A stretch of 64,000 nt of DNA from assembly GCA_024137785.1 (NCBI GenBank), contig JAHRHZ010000025.1, forward strand, positions 23,703,438-23,767,437, read 5' to 3'. This stretch comes from Ginglymostoma cirratum. Taxonomy: Eukaryota. Below the pieces are notes generated by a model. It was given only the letters and a program-made list of their open reading frames with translations, was not told where the DNA came from and ran no database searches. The translations under genes and the position numbers were made by a program. Position 1 is the first letter of the stretch; each line of letters begins with the position of its first letter. Shown here one piece after another: positions 1-14,400 of the stretch.

Positions 1-211
1 TTGTGCATGTATGGACTGAGATGCCAGAGGAAGTAGTGGAGGCTGGTGTAATAGCAACTTTTAAAAGGCATCTGGATGAATAGGAAGGATTTAGTGGGAT
101 ATGGGCCAAACGCTGGCAAATAGGACTAGATTAATTTAGGATATCTGGTCGGCATGGATGAGTTGGATCAAAGGGTCTGTTTCCGTGCTGTATATCTCCA
201 TGACTCTATGA
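1..211 (+). mobile_element. CR1-clade LINE 3' end
   Basis: Remnant WxELPEEVVEAG...FKRHLD RT C-terminus and a tail ending tatatctccatgactctatga, similar to the tail at about 3090-3309. Confidence 0.8.
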
Positions 212-1017
212 TTGTCCCAAACAAAAGTCACTGCCAGGTTCTGAACTCCACCAGGCTCATCCAGGGATGTCCAGAATGAAGATGTTGGTGACACGATGTG
301 TCTAGTGGCCAGAATTGGATGTAGACATAATCACATTGGTGGTACAGTGCCAAGATTGGCAACAAGGACCAAATTTACCACCAGCAGCTCCCCCATATTC
401 ATGAGAATGGCAGGATAAACCCTGGACTTGCCACCACACATTGACTATGCCAGGCCTTCAATAGGCTCAACATCCTTAGTCATTGTGGATGCCCACTCAA
501 AGTGGTTGGACATGAGTAGAGTTCATTTGTCAAACGCAGGTGCAAAGTTTGGTGCTGAAACCAAGGAAATAGCCCTGCATGGGTAAGAAGCATGGTTGAC
601 GTAAGGTCAGGTCCCATGATGTACAAAGTTTGGGTAGGTGAAGCAGTCCTGAACAAGCACGTAGACCACATGAAAGGTTCAATCTCAAAAATGGGGCAGC
701 AGCAAAACATACCTGGCCCTTCAGAATAGCCAAAAAAGCTATCGGAACCCATGGGTTCTCCCCCTCCATCTAACGTTGAAGAAACTTCAGAATCTGAGAT
801 GGACATGGCAGATGTCGCAGCCTTAAAGCCTTTAGTGGCTGAAGAAGAGGTTGAATTTCTTCTGAGATGATCCAGGTGCAAGAGGCTGGCTACGGTCCAG
901 TGCACGCTGCCCGTATCCGAGACTGAGTCAGAGGAACTGGCCCTGGTACAAAAACACCCCAGGAGAAGCTACAAGGTAAAGAACATGCCTATGTCCCCTG
1001 ACTCAGAGGGAAAAAGA
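212..1017 (+). mobile_element. Degenerate Gypsy/Ty3 LTR retrotransposon internal fragment (integrase)
   Basis: Frameshifted remnants ELHQAHPGMSRMKML (HHCC zinc region), HIDYA and LVIVDAHSKWLD (integrase core). A polypurine tract agagggaaaaaga lies immediately before the LTR. Confidence 0.8.
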
Positions 1018-1245
1018 TGTAGTAATTGTAATGGGGTCAGACAGGTGGACCTCGTAGAATATGAGTTCCTGGATTGGGATTGTTAACCTGGTCCAATCAG
1101 GGACCCCTGGCTGACAGATATAAACAGGAGTGTCAGATGTTCTGCTCACTCTGAGAGCTGGCTGTGAGGAAGCCAGACCAGTGTCAAGTGCTAGCCACCT
1201 GTAAATAAAGAATGACTTGGTGATGGTCACTGTGGGGTTATTTCA
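1018..1245 (+). mobile_element. 3' LTR of the Gypsy element
   Basis: Begins TGT right after the PPT, contains TATAAA and AATAAA, and ends ...TTTCA (TG...CA termini). Confidence 0.75.
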
Positions 1246-2329
1246 TACACCAAATAATGATGTGTTGTGGCTTTACTTTACAGAGTTTGAATGGTATTTA
1301 CACAAAAGTGTTAAACATCCAAGATGTGGCACACAAGATAAATGTTACAGGAGAGTCACAAGATGCAACTGATCAGTTTATGCACACCACCTGAGCCCCA
1401 ATGTCGACCATAGTCATTATTCAATCAGCATTATTTCTCACTTCACATATTATCCACTGCCTATCAAGCATGACATTACAGATTTTTAAATATCCCATCT
1501 ATTGCGTAACACTTTAGCAGAAAAACCCTGAGGATTTAGCACTTCAGTTATTTTACAGATTGTCAGTTAAAACTAGTCTTGAATTATCCAATATTTTTGC
1601 ATTCAAACTCTTCTAGAACTGGGTTATACTGCCACCTGTGTATTAGAAAGCCAGCGTATGTACATCGCTCTTACTTGACTGTGATAAACAGTTTCACCAA
1701 GTGTCATTGTAAAGCAAATGCCTGATTGCATCAAAGCAGGAGTAGCAATAAAATTGAAGCCTTGCAAAACAGATGTCCACATTTAATCATCACCTTTGGC
1801 AAATTACTTTACGTGCATCTGCTTGTTTTTCACTGAGAAATTTCCTTTGAAATCACAAACATTTCAAATTGGAGTTTTACGAACAAATTCAATGAACAAG
1901 TGTGGAAATTTAATCCTAAGTAATGACTTTGTACAGGTTGACACATAGTTCCTTTGATGTCAGTCTGGTTAAAATTTCTACTTTAAAATTATTTCAATAT
2001 TAATGGCATGTGCAGAGTTGATTATTTTATAAAAAGAAACATTGAAACAAGTTATATCTTAACAGGAAAAATTTTTAACAAAAGGACCATGGGGTGCAAT
2101 TACATAGTTGGTAGTGCAAATAGAGAAAGCCATTTTGGGTTTTATATATAGCATATTGAATATAAACTTTGTGAATTTGAACAATGCATTTGTACATTCA
2201 CAGTTGGAGTATTGCATTTGGTTCTGGATACCCTTATCATAGGTAAGATGTAAACAACTTTAGAATCTTTTTGTAAAAGGTTATAAAATATTATACAACC
2301 AAAGTCTTTAGATGAAAATAGAAACAAAT

Positions 2330-3309
2330 CAGATGGTGGTAGTAGAAGGTTGTTGTTCAGACTGGAGGCCTGCGACCAGTGGTGTGCTGCAAGGGTCAGT
2401 GCTGGGTCCACTGTTTTTCATCATTTATATAAACAACTTGGCTGAGAATACAGGAGGCAAGGTTGGTAAGTTTGCAGATGATACCAAAACTGGTGGTATA
2501 GTGGACAGTGAAAAAGGATACCTAAGAGTACACCAGGATCTTGATCAACTGAGCCAGTGGGCCGAAGAATGGCAGGTGGAGCTAATTCAGGTAAATGCAA
2601 GGCGTTGCATTTCGGTAACCAGGGCAGGACTTATTCAGTTAATCATACAACACTGGGGAGTGTTGTCGAACAGAGAGACTTTGGGGTGCAAGTACATAGT
2701 TCCTTGACAGTGGCGTCACAGATTGACAGGGCGATGAAGAAGGCTTTTGGCATGCTTGCCTTCATTAGTCAGAGCATTGTGTATAGGAGTTGGCACATCA
2801 TGTTACGGCTGTACAAGACATTGGTAAGGTCACATTTGGAGTGCCGCATACAGTTCTGGTCACCTGGAAAGGGTGCAATAAAAATTTACAAGGATGTTAC
2901 TGAGATTGGAAGGTTTGAGGTGGATAGAGATGCTGGAGAGACTGGGACTTATTTCCCCGGAGCATAAAAGGCTGAAGGGTGACCTTATAAAGGTTTATAA
3001 AATCATAAGGGGCATAGATAAGATCTTTACCCCAGGGTAGGGGAGTCCAAAATGATTTAAAAGGGATTTGAGGGGCAACGTTTCACACAGAGGGTGGTGC
3101 GAATATGGAATGAGCTGCCAGGGGAAATGGTAGAGGCAGGTACAGTTACAACATTTATAAGATATTTGGACAGATACGTGGATAGGAAAGATTTAGAGGT
3201 ACATGGGTCAAACACAGACAAGTGGGACGTGTTTAGTTTAGGAAATCTGGTCAGTATGCATGAGTTGGGCCAAAGGGCCTGTTTCATGTTGTATGACTCT
3301 ATGACTCTA
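2330..3309 (+). mobile_element. 5'-truncated CR1 LINE (RT domain to tail)
   Basis: Overlapping frameshifted ORFs with SGVLQGSVLGPLFFIIYIN, KFADDTK, LYKTLVRSHLE and WNELPGEMVEAG; tandem tail tatgactctatgactcta. Confidence 0.92.
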
Positions 3310-4106
3310 ATTGAATGACACAATATTCAGCATTGCAGGGCTGAATAGTGTCCTCTTGTTGCTAAGTTCCTTGAGGCTAAAGCAAAGTTTTACATGGATG
3401 ATGTCACAGATGAGAAGTTATACAGGAGTTATAGAAGACATATATTCCCCTAGCCCTGGTTTAAAAAGCCTTTGGATGCTCATGAAGTACAAATTCATGT
3501 TGGATGATGGTGCAGTGCAGTGGTCAACCATTAACAATAACAATAATATTAATAACAAACCAGGTAATAATTAGTTTTATAGGTTTCAATAGAGCTGAAT
3601 ATTGGACGGGGCATAGATTGGATGTCTGGGGCAATGCAAGTAAGTAATGCCTGCCTATTTGTGTTCCCACTTAAAATGAATTTCTATCCCTCACTATCGG
3701 AGTTCACATATGAAGGAAAAAGCCCTGGTTGAGGTGTTGGAGAGTTGCTGAAATTTTTCAGTTAGACCCTAAGTGAATCACTGACTTCAAGCAAAATGGG
3801 GAATGAATAAATCAAATAGACATGAAAGGTTTTGGTGATCATTCTTTAATTCTTAATATTTCACTTTATTTTCCCCAAATGCTGTGACATTCAATAATAG
3901 CAATTTCTTCAATCGTTCTACTTTTTATTTATATATAGCTGTAACAAGCTAAGTCAACTGTCAGATTAAAGCACTCTTACCACAGTTTATCATCTTAATT
4001 TGCTCTACTCAATTCTTATGCTAGTCAGCTTCTTATTTTATTACAATTTTACTGATTCAGAAATACCAGCATCTATTCAACAGCATTATTTCCAAATGGC
4101 TACGGC

Positions 4107-4438
4107 TTAACACACCCTGAGTTGTATTGGGAAAAAAACAGCTGGTGCTCAGTCTAATAGAACACACCTGAAAAACCAGCACTAGTGGTTACCAGAACAG
4201 AGTGCACATACTATGCTGATCTACTGTAGTAATTAATGATTTCTGCTCATTTGCACATTGTAGCAGAATGAGTCCCCAGGCCTGAAAATGACTTACTGCA
4301 GGCAATTCCTACTCTCTTTATGTCACCGGAAGACCAACATCTTTGTGTTCAAGATCACATGTGGCTCAGCAGCACAAAATTAAGATGTGTTCAACCCTTG
4401 ATGATGCATATATTTACTCACTGACAGATTCAGTTCAG
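4107..4438. repeat. Copy 1 of a locally duplicated ~300 bp non-coding element
   Basis: Shares near-identical blocks with 8142-8416, e.g. gttgtattgg.aaaaaaacagctggtgctca and aaaatgacttactgcaggcaattcctactctctttatgt.accggaaga. Confidence 0.85.
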
Positions 4439-7134
4439 AACTTGTGCATTTACTGTAGTTGTTATTCCTCATGTAATTTAAATGACTTGAGCATGTAATC
4501 TCAGCTAACATTGAAATGCAATACTTATTAAATGCCTTGTTGCCAGGAAACTGTATGCCTTTACAGATAAACAAAAAAGCATTACATGACTTCATTTTAC
4601 TTCATAAAGCAGAGCACTCTTGTCATTATCCAAGAAAATACTTTTCCCTCCACCCCCAGTATCACCAGAACATATGAACTGGAGATCGACTGCATTGTTA
4701 CTTGTGGGCACTTATTGTGACTGGCAAGCTAGCAAAGCAACAGCTTACAGGTACATTGGAACTTCATGAGAATGTATAAATGCAAGTTATTTCTTAATTT
4801 CCTCATTTTTTTCTAATATAAACTGATTCCAACACAGTCAAACCATTTTAAAATAAATGTGATCAAGTTCTGTAACATATTTAGAAAAATCTAACATTCA
4901 GATAATAAACACTTAATCTTAAAGGCTTTTTCCTCAATTTTCCCTTTTCTCCCCTCCTATCTTGATGATGCTGACTCTTTCTCAAGATGTGGTTCTATAT
5001 ATGAAAGTACACAAAAATCTCAACTAACATTTCATTCATGTGGCCAGTGGCATCAAGTCTTCCATCGCCAACTTCAACTGAGATTAGCCAACTCCAAGTA
5101 AATTAGGGGATCAAACCTATGACTTTGTCAAACTATAGAGTTTAATACCATACTAGATGACCTATTTAGCCGTTGAGACATATAAAGGAGATCCACTACT
5201 GTTCTTGAAGGCTATGAGACTGAGCACTCTTCTCAGGAGACAGTTACTGCTGTTGATCAGTGGGTCTCCCTCATTAATAGTTGGCAAGATTTCTCTTGCT
5301 GAAAAACTCAAATATTCTATTTTTTGCCAGTTGATATCCAACTGCTGTTTAGAATGCAAATAACGTTACTTGAAAGCTTCCAGAGAAGGTGGGACTCAGC
5401 ACTGTGAACCCATTTGATAAGCGACTTCCCTCAATGATTTGCTGTTGTCAGGAATATAGCTAAGCTATAAACAGGATTTCAGCTTTTTCCAGTAAGGAGG
5501 AGAACTTTTCTTGCTTGTTGTTCTGGAACTGAAGGCTATTACCTGCATATCCACTGACTACTGAAAAACAGAAAAATAAGCAGAGAAGCAAAAAAATCTC
5601 TACCTTGTTGCAAATTTGTTACAGCCAGCATGATTGACAGTGAGAATTAATTTTCAAATCTGTTGATAGTTCATAATACCAAACAAACTCTCTCAATAAC
5701 ATAGTATCTAACTTTGAGCCAGCAGGAAACACATGATTTTAGTTCCTTGTCTTTGCAACAAAGTACAATTTATTACATTATTTTATTTCACCTCATTAGG
5801 GTTGTGAAATTACAACAGTGAAATACACTAGTGTATGAAAACAGACCTAAAGAAGAAGAAAAAGCCAAGAATATATCATTTTGAATGCCTGAGTTGGCTA
5901 TGCAGTGATGAGAGGAAAGCCATTTCTCGTGATGTACTGATTGCACTGAAGTATAGAGTGGAAATTCATAAATGCAATGCTCTGGAGCTGAAACACGAGG
6001 GAAAGATGGTGGAGCAAAGTGGCACAGTCAACCATGACAAGGGCCATTGAGATTTGAGGGGATCAAGGAGGTATAATGCACCACAGTTGCTGTTACAGAG
6101 TGTAACATTTCTGACTCTGATCAGGCACGTGTTTGGTGTTGTAAACAAGGTAGAACAAAATAAAAGAGTTCTAACAGGGGTTTGTTGACTAGATGGACTT
6201 AAAATTGGAATGCAACAGCATGATCAGGAACTTAGATGAGGGGCAATAGGATAATGATCTGGCATTAATTGAAAAAAGCAAAAGTGTAAAAGGTTGACTT
6301 TCTGCCAACAGTTTGGAAATGAGAGGAACAATACAATGGTCAACATGTGGGACATGGAGAACTCACATGGAGAGGGAGCACAAGGCAAAATCAACGGAAT
6401 GGATCAGCTTGAAAAAAACAATTCATGTAGGCAGATGCAGACTGGCAGAGGATGGAATTATTAGATAATCGGTTGTGGGAAGAGGAGAGATAAATGACTG
6501 AATAGACAAGTCTCAACTTTAAAATAAAAGTCTATAAACCACTATGCTTGGTGTAGGAGAGATGGGTGAAAATATTATTGTTAAATATTTTCATAAAAGC
6601 AGTTTATTGTAAACAGAAAACATCATGGCTGCCCTTATCATCCAGGACGGACATGGGACAATCATAGCACTTGAAGCAAACGTCAAGCCAGACCAGCTAG
6701 CATTGTGCCAAAACAACTCATGTCCTTTAGACTTCAGGTCTGAAAGAAATTGTACCTAAAGAACAGCAGGGCTGTCAACAGTGAGTGGCATTTGGAGATG
6801 AGGACATCAAAGTCAGAACAAAAGAAGCTGTTTAGTAGATCAACGTCATCTGTAGTATCATGGCAAGTTGATGGATAGAGTAGAGGAGGTTGGAAGTTTG
6901 AAATCAAGTTGCTAGAGAACTGGATTGAGTTTCTTTCCCTGGACATGGATTGAAAGAATACAATGAGAGTGGATGTTAAGACAGATGTGAGAAGGGTGGG
7001 AAATAGCATGATTGATGACTCTGACCATAAAGGTGGCATAGTCAGGAAATGCGACCATCAGTGGAACAGAGGAGCATGGTTGAGATTGCAGTAGAGGGAG
7101 TTTCGGTGAGAAATGTGGTTAAACAATTGAAAGG

Positions 7135-7365
7135 AAATGTACAAAAAAATTATGCAGTGAAGGATTAGGATCTGGAATGCACTCCCTATGAAGTTGATAG
7201 AGGCAGATTAAATTGGGTCTTTCAAAAGAGAATTGGATAATTATCAAAAGAAAAAGAAAAATCAGGGCTAGGGTCAAAAGACAGGAAAGTGGGACTAGCT
7301 GAGTTGCTCTAGCAGACAGCAGCTCACACACAATTACCTTCTTTTGTACTGTAACCATAATATGA
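7135..7365 (+). mobile_element. Old CR1/L2-type LINE 3' tail fragment
   Basis: WNALP...FKRELDNY-like remnant followed by a gggactagctgagttgctc tail. Confidence 0.55.
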
Positions 7366-8141
7366 ATGTACAAAGTGAGACACGAAGGCATGTTAATGCA
7401 ATGAAATAGATGGAGTTTGAAGTTATCAATGATGAAAGGGTAATCAGTGCAGAGGGTTTGGCAGAAGAGGAGGGCTTAGATAATGAATTTTGTCAAATCA
7501 GGCAAGTTGCAAATGATGAGGACTTTGAAGAAATGGTGGAAAGGTTTGAAGAGTAAGAGAAATAGGGACAGGAGGCAGAACAAACCTTGTCCAAGTGTTG
7601 ATTAAAAACATTTTTCCATGCATCTGGCCCTAAATTGTCTTTTATTAATTTTAGCTTCTGTGTCCCTATACTAACATCTCAGTTTAACATGAGATAATCT
7701 TCCAAATTTGCCTTATCTTTCCTATTTCATGTGTGCTTTGATAAATCCTTTTTCAAAAAAAGCTTAAAGTTTCTCCTTTCGCCTTGGGATTTTAGTGGAA
7801 TTATTGATTGAACTCTGAACTGGCTGCTTGGTTTCATTTTATCCCCGTTCCATCATTAGCTGTTTCTTCAAGGTTCATGGTGTATGAGTGTAACTTTTCC
7901 TTATGCAGTACCTCATGCTATTTACAATTTCCATATTTTATGTTCTTCCTGTGCAAGCTATTCTCAATTCTTAGTCCTGATCCCATCCCACAGAGTCAAT
8001 TTAATATCATCTTTCAATTTGGCCATTTTCCAGTGCATTAACATACGCATAGATTTTTTTTTTCAGAAGTGTTTTGCTGCAGCTTTATAAGTTTGGAAAA
8101 GCAGACAAACCTTAGTGGCATCAATTGCAACTGGTAGTGGT

Positions 8142-8416
8142 TTAACACGCCCTGTGTTGTATTGGAAAAAAAACAGCTGGTGCTCACGCTGACAGCATAG
8201 ACACTAATGTTGTTTCCAGATCAGAGTGCACACACTGTTATGAGTTTGTGCACTAATTAACAAACTAGTGGAATGAGTCCCCAGGACTAAAAAATGACTT
8301 ACTGCAGGCAATTCCTACTCTCTTTATGTAACCGGAAGAATAACATCTCTGTATTTAATCAGATCACAGCAACGCAAACAAACTAAGGATTCAGCTTAGT
8401 ACTACATTCAGTTCAG
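8142..8416. repeat. Copy 2 of a locally duplicated ~300 bp non-coding element
   Basis: Direct repeat of 4107-4438 with the same block order and diverged spacers. Confidence 0.85.
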
Positions 8417-11400
8417 TAGACAAATTTGAATAATGACTGGTAAATTTGCTTTGTGAGGCAATGTAATATTTTAACTTCGCATTAATTTCTCAATTTACGT
8501 GTGACAACTCTTGTTACTCAATGTAAGTCTTTTCCTTTGTAAAACTGTAACATTGTAAAATGGACCCCTGACAACAGAAATCAGTTCTAAGCAGCTAAGA
8601 GCTTAAGAATAGAAGTCGGCCATTTCAGCACCCCCTCCCTGAAACTAGCCTACTGTTCATTGAGTATGTGACTGCTCTGCAACCAAACTGCATGTGTCCA
8701 ACTTTGTCCTATGTCAATTAACAAAAGATCATGAGATGTAGTGGTAGCACCCCTATCCCTGAGTCAAAATTCTTGATTCAAGTCCCACCAGAGGACTTGA
8801 TGGCCACAGATGATATACTTCAATATTACCAAACAGGTAGATTGTCATTCTCTAAATTTCTGTAAATCCTTCTGATATGCCTATGGCAGATGGTAACAGT
8901 GGGAGAATTTCTTGATCAGCCACGACAACATGTTATCTACAGTGCAACTGCTTCCCCATGTTAAAAGACTCTTATGAGCAGGTTATTGCCATGTGCAAGC
9001 ATAATCCTTCTTCCAAGTGATTACTACACATGCATCCATTAATAACTTCGGTTAGCAAAAGCCTAGCACTTTCAGGTTTGAAATTAATGAATAATCTAGC
9101 ATGAATTACTATTGCAGAAGGAAGGTCCAAAATTGTGCACTCTCTGTGTACAGAAGTGTTTTCTAGTTTCACTCCCAAAATTACCAGTTCTTAGTTTTAA
9201 AATATACCTCTTTGTTCCAATCTCCTCAACAAATGAAATAGTTTCTTTCTTACTATCCTATCAGTTTTCCTTAATGCCTTCTCACTAGTTAACTTCCTAA
9301 ATGCTACAGAGTACAACCATAGTTTGTGTAATTTCCCCTCAGAATTTAGCTCTCAAAGGGGAGTTCGACTCTGGTAAAATCTGGGCTGCATTAATACACC
9401 TTCCATAAAGTGTGGAGGCCAGTACTGCTCACAGACATACAAGTGTTGCCGAACCATTCCATTAACCTTACTGATTTTTATCTGTTCATGATATTTCAAT
9501 GAGTGAAGTATCTGGACCCTCAAGCTGCTTTTGACCTCCATTATTTATAACTTATCACCATTTAGACAAGACCCTGTCCTGTCCATTTTAGGAACAAAAT
9601 GGATAACATCACATTTGTATACTTTGAAATTCAATTTGCCAGAGTTTGGCCAACTCACATTCTATACCATTAATTCTTCAAAATATTATGCTTCCATCTA
9701 CAATTCTTGCAGTATTGCCTATCTTTGATCTGTCATCAAATTTAAATATATGACTTTCTATCCATGTAATTCATTTCCTGTTTGCAAATCTGGGTGAATT
9801 TGGACAATGGCAGTAAACTAAATTGACTGTACACATGATATTCATAAAAAATTATTCCCCACCTTGTGATTCTGGTATAGAGCTTCCTAATATCAGGAGA
9901 GTCAACCAGGCCCATAGTACATTACTGTTGTCTCACCCAGACCACCTCTGATCGGATCAAATGGTAACACAATGGCAGGTAGGGCAAATGGCAAACATTT
10001 ATGGCTGTCACTGAAAGTTTTTAACTCCAGTTGGCATAGTGTAGTATAATTGGAGGGTGAAAGGATGGTCAAGCAACCTTTCTATTTTGTTACAATTGGC
10101 TTTTAAGCAGGAACTTCAAGAAGGAACACTGCTGCACAATTCATTCAGTTGTATAAGGTAATGGTCTAAAGGGGTTAATGTGCATGTTACAATGGCTCCA
10201 CCCACTCTACTGATGTCACACACAGTCAATGAGTGGAGACTCTCACATTCAGATGTACCAGAGGCATCTGTATCAGGTCTGTAAGGTCGTAGTAATTATA
10301 CCTTACCAAAGGTAGTTGTCCTATCACTATCTCACGATAAACCTTCTTATTATCCAAGAACAGTTCCTCTTCTGGATCCTCCACCACAAATCAGTGGATA
10401 GACCCAAGACAAAGCAAGACAAAGGAGGATTAGTGGCAGTGAACTACTTCAAACAACCCTTACCCTGTGTCATGTACTTATAGAGTGGCTACCATAAGGT
10501 ACCAGGAGAGGTTATGTGGAAAAATGCCACACCTTCTGCAAATCACTGTCTCCCAGCGCCGTTTACAAAATCCTGCAGCCTATCTGATTGCATGAATTCA
10601 CGTCATGAGGGTCCAAGATAAAGGACCCTGTCTCCTATCATGTGGTAGTGCTGTGTTTTGGTGTCTGGAGGTGATGCATCACAAAGACCATTAGTCTAAC
10701 AAATATAACAAATATTTGGCAAAATTTGAAAATTGAAATTACAGTAAATTTGCTTAATGGAGTTTCCAAATAGCAGAAACATCGGATAAACAAGCTTTTG
10801 CTGTAATTTAAATAGTAAAATTTCATCAGTAAAAACCAAGTATCATAGCAAATGTGGTCATTAAGCTTTGAAACAGCAATGAAAAGTGAACTAAAACTCT
10901 CAATTTCTCTGTATGTGAACCAGAGAAAATCCATAAAGCAGAACTGTATTTGTTAATATTTACAATCCTGTCCATTGCAAATGTTGATATTTATTTTGTC
11001 TTCTAAGGATGTTTTAAACATATTTATTTTGTTCTGTATACATTTCAACAGCCTTCCTGCAAACCCAGGACTTTATATTGAGTTATGTTGTGCTACTGAT
11101 TGATGGGAGACTCATTTGTACTTATCCTGTAAAAATGGTTTTGGCAAAAATAAGTACAATACCTAATACTTTAGACATATGTGATCTGAGGCAATTTGAA
11201 ATCTATTGCTATTATTTTAAAGCTTGGTATTTTTTAATGCCCTAGGCATTTGTAATTTTTTTCAAAATATTTCATAACCAAAGAGAAAAAGCAAATCTAA
11301 TTTTCAGGCTGCTTGTGTGCCTGCCAATGAAAGACATTAACGTATTGGTTGGCCAACAGCCATAAGTATGTCGCTCAAACATATAGCCTACACTGTGGAA

Positions 11401-14400
11401 GCTGTTTCATGATAATCTAGTGCTAAAACAACATGCAACACATTACATCAATGCCAGTCATGAGATGTGATATACTTTCCAGATCTGTGCCATTATCACC
11501 ATCATTGCATTTTTTTGTTTCTTCATCATTATCTACTGCATACAACCTTTTCACCACGAAATGTTTAAAATAGCCAAAATTGGTGAATATAAGATTATAG
11601 GTTTCACATTTTAAAGAATAACAAGCAGCTGGCAGTGAGTTTTAGGCAGTAATTTAAGCTTGGCGTTCTGTTGACGTTTACAAGTCTGCTCGAGCTTCAG
11701 TCTTGCCATCAATGGCATCATCAGAACCACTTTATTGAATTACTGCTTTTGTAACTGACTGCCAGCCATCTGTTATCCTATATGTATGTGTTATGATGTA
11801 ACATTAGACATAGATAAGAAAACCCTTGCTGTCATTCAAAAGAAAAGAAAATCTAAGGTAACTGGAAATAGCAGCTCCTGCACAAGTAATAAAAAAAATT
11901 ATCATTGTATCTCGCTGTGATACCTGCATACTGACATTGATCAAGGAGCATCTGTGAAGAGATCAGCTTTAAATAAGTCACCTTTATTCACCTGACCATC
12001 TCAATTAAGCATTGAATCCTAAATTAAGCACTTAATTTATCAGAAGCAGAGCTGTAAAAAAACTATGAGGGAAAATGAAGGAACTTGTGTCTGCAAACAA
12101 GAGCTCTTAAAAGTTTCATTCCAAAACATGCTAACTTGTTAGTTCTTATAAATCCTTTGACAATACTATTTTTCTGTCTTTAAAAATAGAAAAGTAGTAC
12201 TTATGACTATAACACTTAGCGATTATTTAATTTTATTATGAGGTGAGAGATTTCCACTAATTAATCACACTCTGGAGGTTATCAAAACTAAATTACATGA
12301 GAAGTTGAATGTCTATAACAGAAAATTGCTAGCATGATTCAGTAATAATGAAACGAGCTCAGTTGTTGGAGTTCAAATCTCTACCTCAACCATTATTTAA
12401 ACAATATGATCTCAAACAAAAATTAAATTTTGCTGTCTTAAATAGGACAAGTAGTTAAAATTACTCTTATACCCTGACAGGAATAATTTAGTTATACTGA
12501 AGAAAAAGCTTATCCTTAAAGGACAGTGATCTGATGGAGGATGACACCTTTATGCTGTCCTACGTGAAATGTCAATCTAGTTTATATGGTAGCCACCTCC
12601 CGTGTCCAAAACTTTGAATATCTCCAATAAAATGTTATTAACAGAAAAGAAAATGTCTAAGCAATTTGCTTTCAGATTAAACATGATCTTTCTTCTTTAA
12701 CATTACATGAAAGTTGATAGTATGGGACATCAATTCAAGCTGAACTTAAAGAACAGAGAGGTAGTCAGAGTTGAAGCCACATTAAAAATAATAAGTCAGG
12801 ACATCCTTTGAAATTTGACCCACTATGAAGACATTCTTTAATGGGTTCAACTGTATTGTTCTGACAATTTTTGTGATTTGTCTGCTTTCATTCATTTGGA
12901 GACAGAAAATGTACGGTGACATATAAAATGGAGTAGCAGTAATCATTAACTTAAAATTGCATTTGAACAATATTGTGCGTACTTATTCCAAATATTAACT
13001 TATATGTTGTTGAATGAAAATCTAGGCAAATATGAAGTTGAAAAAGTTTTTTTTATCATGATTGTCTCAGATAAGGACATGAACAAAGCACACAACATAA
13101 TCTAACATGTTTCCTCCTCTGAAGCGCAGTCCTTCGTTGCTGCTTATTCCCTGGTTGCAGTTATAACATGACAGCAAGTGATTATTAAACAGGTTTGGAA
13201 GTGAATTGCATTGAAGTTTACTGGAGTGCTGGGGTATGTAATGTTCACAGGTAGCAGGAGGCCACCTCAAACAGCTACAATTACAAATCCCTGCCAAAAA
13301 GAGAAATGCCTCCCACAAAGAGTTAGAAACCAATGCTGCTTCCTTAATGTCTCAAGTTGAAAGAAATGTTTCACTGTCAAAAAGGAAACCAAACAGAATT
13401 TGCACAATACTTTATTCACAATTATTTTAAAAATCATATATTTTGCACTGTCAGTAAGAATGAATGTATAACATTCATGCATGTATTATTTTCACAGCAA
13501 AGCAAGTGCTAGAATATCTTTCAACAGAAATGTCGCTTGCTATCTTAATGAAAATAAAAGCCATCTGGTGCTGTTTGTTATTAATCAGTAATTATTACAA
13601 ACTGTACAGATCCACAATGTTCTACAAAATCTCCACTTAGCACTGCAGACGTTGCACTGATTAGAATTGATTTACAGCCACTACTGACTTCATAGGTTAA
13701 ATGTACATTTCTTACATCAAGTGAAATATAAATGTTTAGGAAAATGAAACATTATTAAATTGGGAGAGAAACAGGTTTTTTTCTTTAAAAAAAACATTCT
13801 GAACAGTCTATTAATAAGCCAACATTTCTGTTCATTGAATAGAAATTGAATGGCAAAATCCAAAGACAGACCTCCCGTTCCTTCCAGTTCACTGTCTTTA
13901 GCTGCATATTGCCATCAAGTAAATAAGGATTCAAACTAAATCTTAAGATTTATTATGGAATAAACATTCCCATATTGCCATGTAAATTCCCTGATGACTA
14001 TTGTTAACATCTGTACGATATTTATGATTTTTGTGGCAAACAACTTCTGCTCTGAACAGAGACCAACTGTATAATGATTGCCATCATTTTTCTGGTCAGC
14101 AGATTCCATGGAAGACTTTCAGATCGAAGGATACATGACTATCTCAACCTTTTTAATGCTTTTTTTTTCAGATTAATTTTGACTATGCTTCAGCATCAGA
14201 AGTTTGTATTCTGAACCATACTAAATGATTTACTCACATCAAAATGTAAATAATTACACATAGTTCGGTCTTTCTCTTGTATTTAGATTAATTCTGGCAA
14301 GTATGTTGAATTTGAAGACTTTGAAAGCACTTAAAAAATTCAGTGATTCACCATTTATTTCCGATTATACTTATATCCACAAAATTATTTTCTTTGTGTT

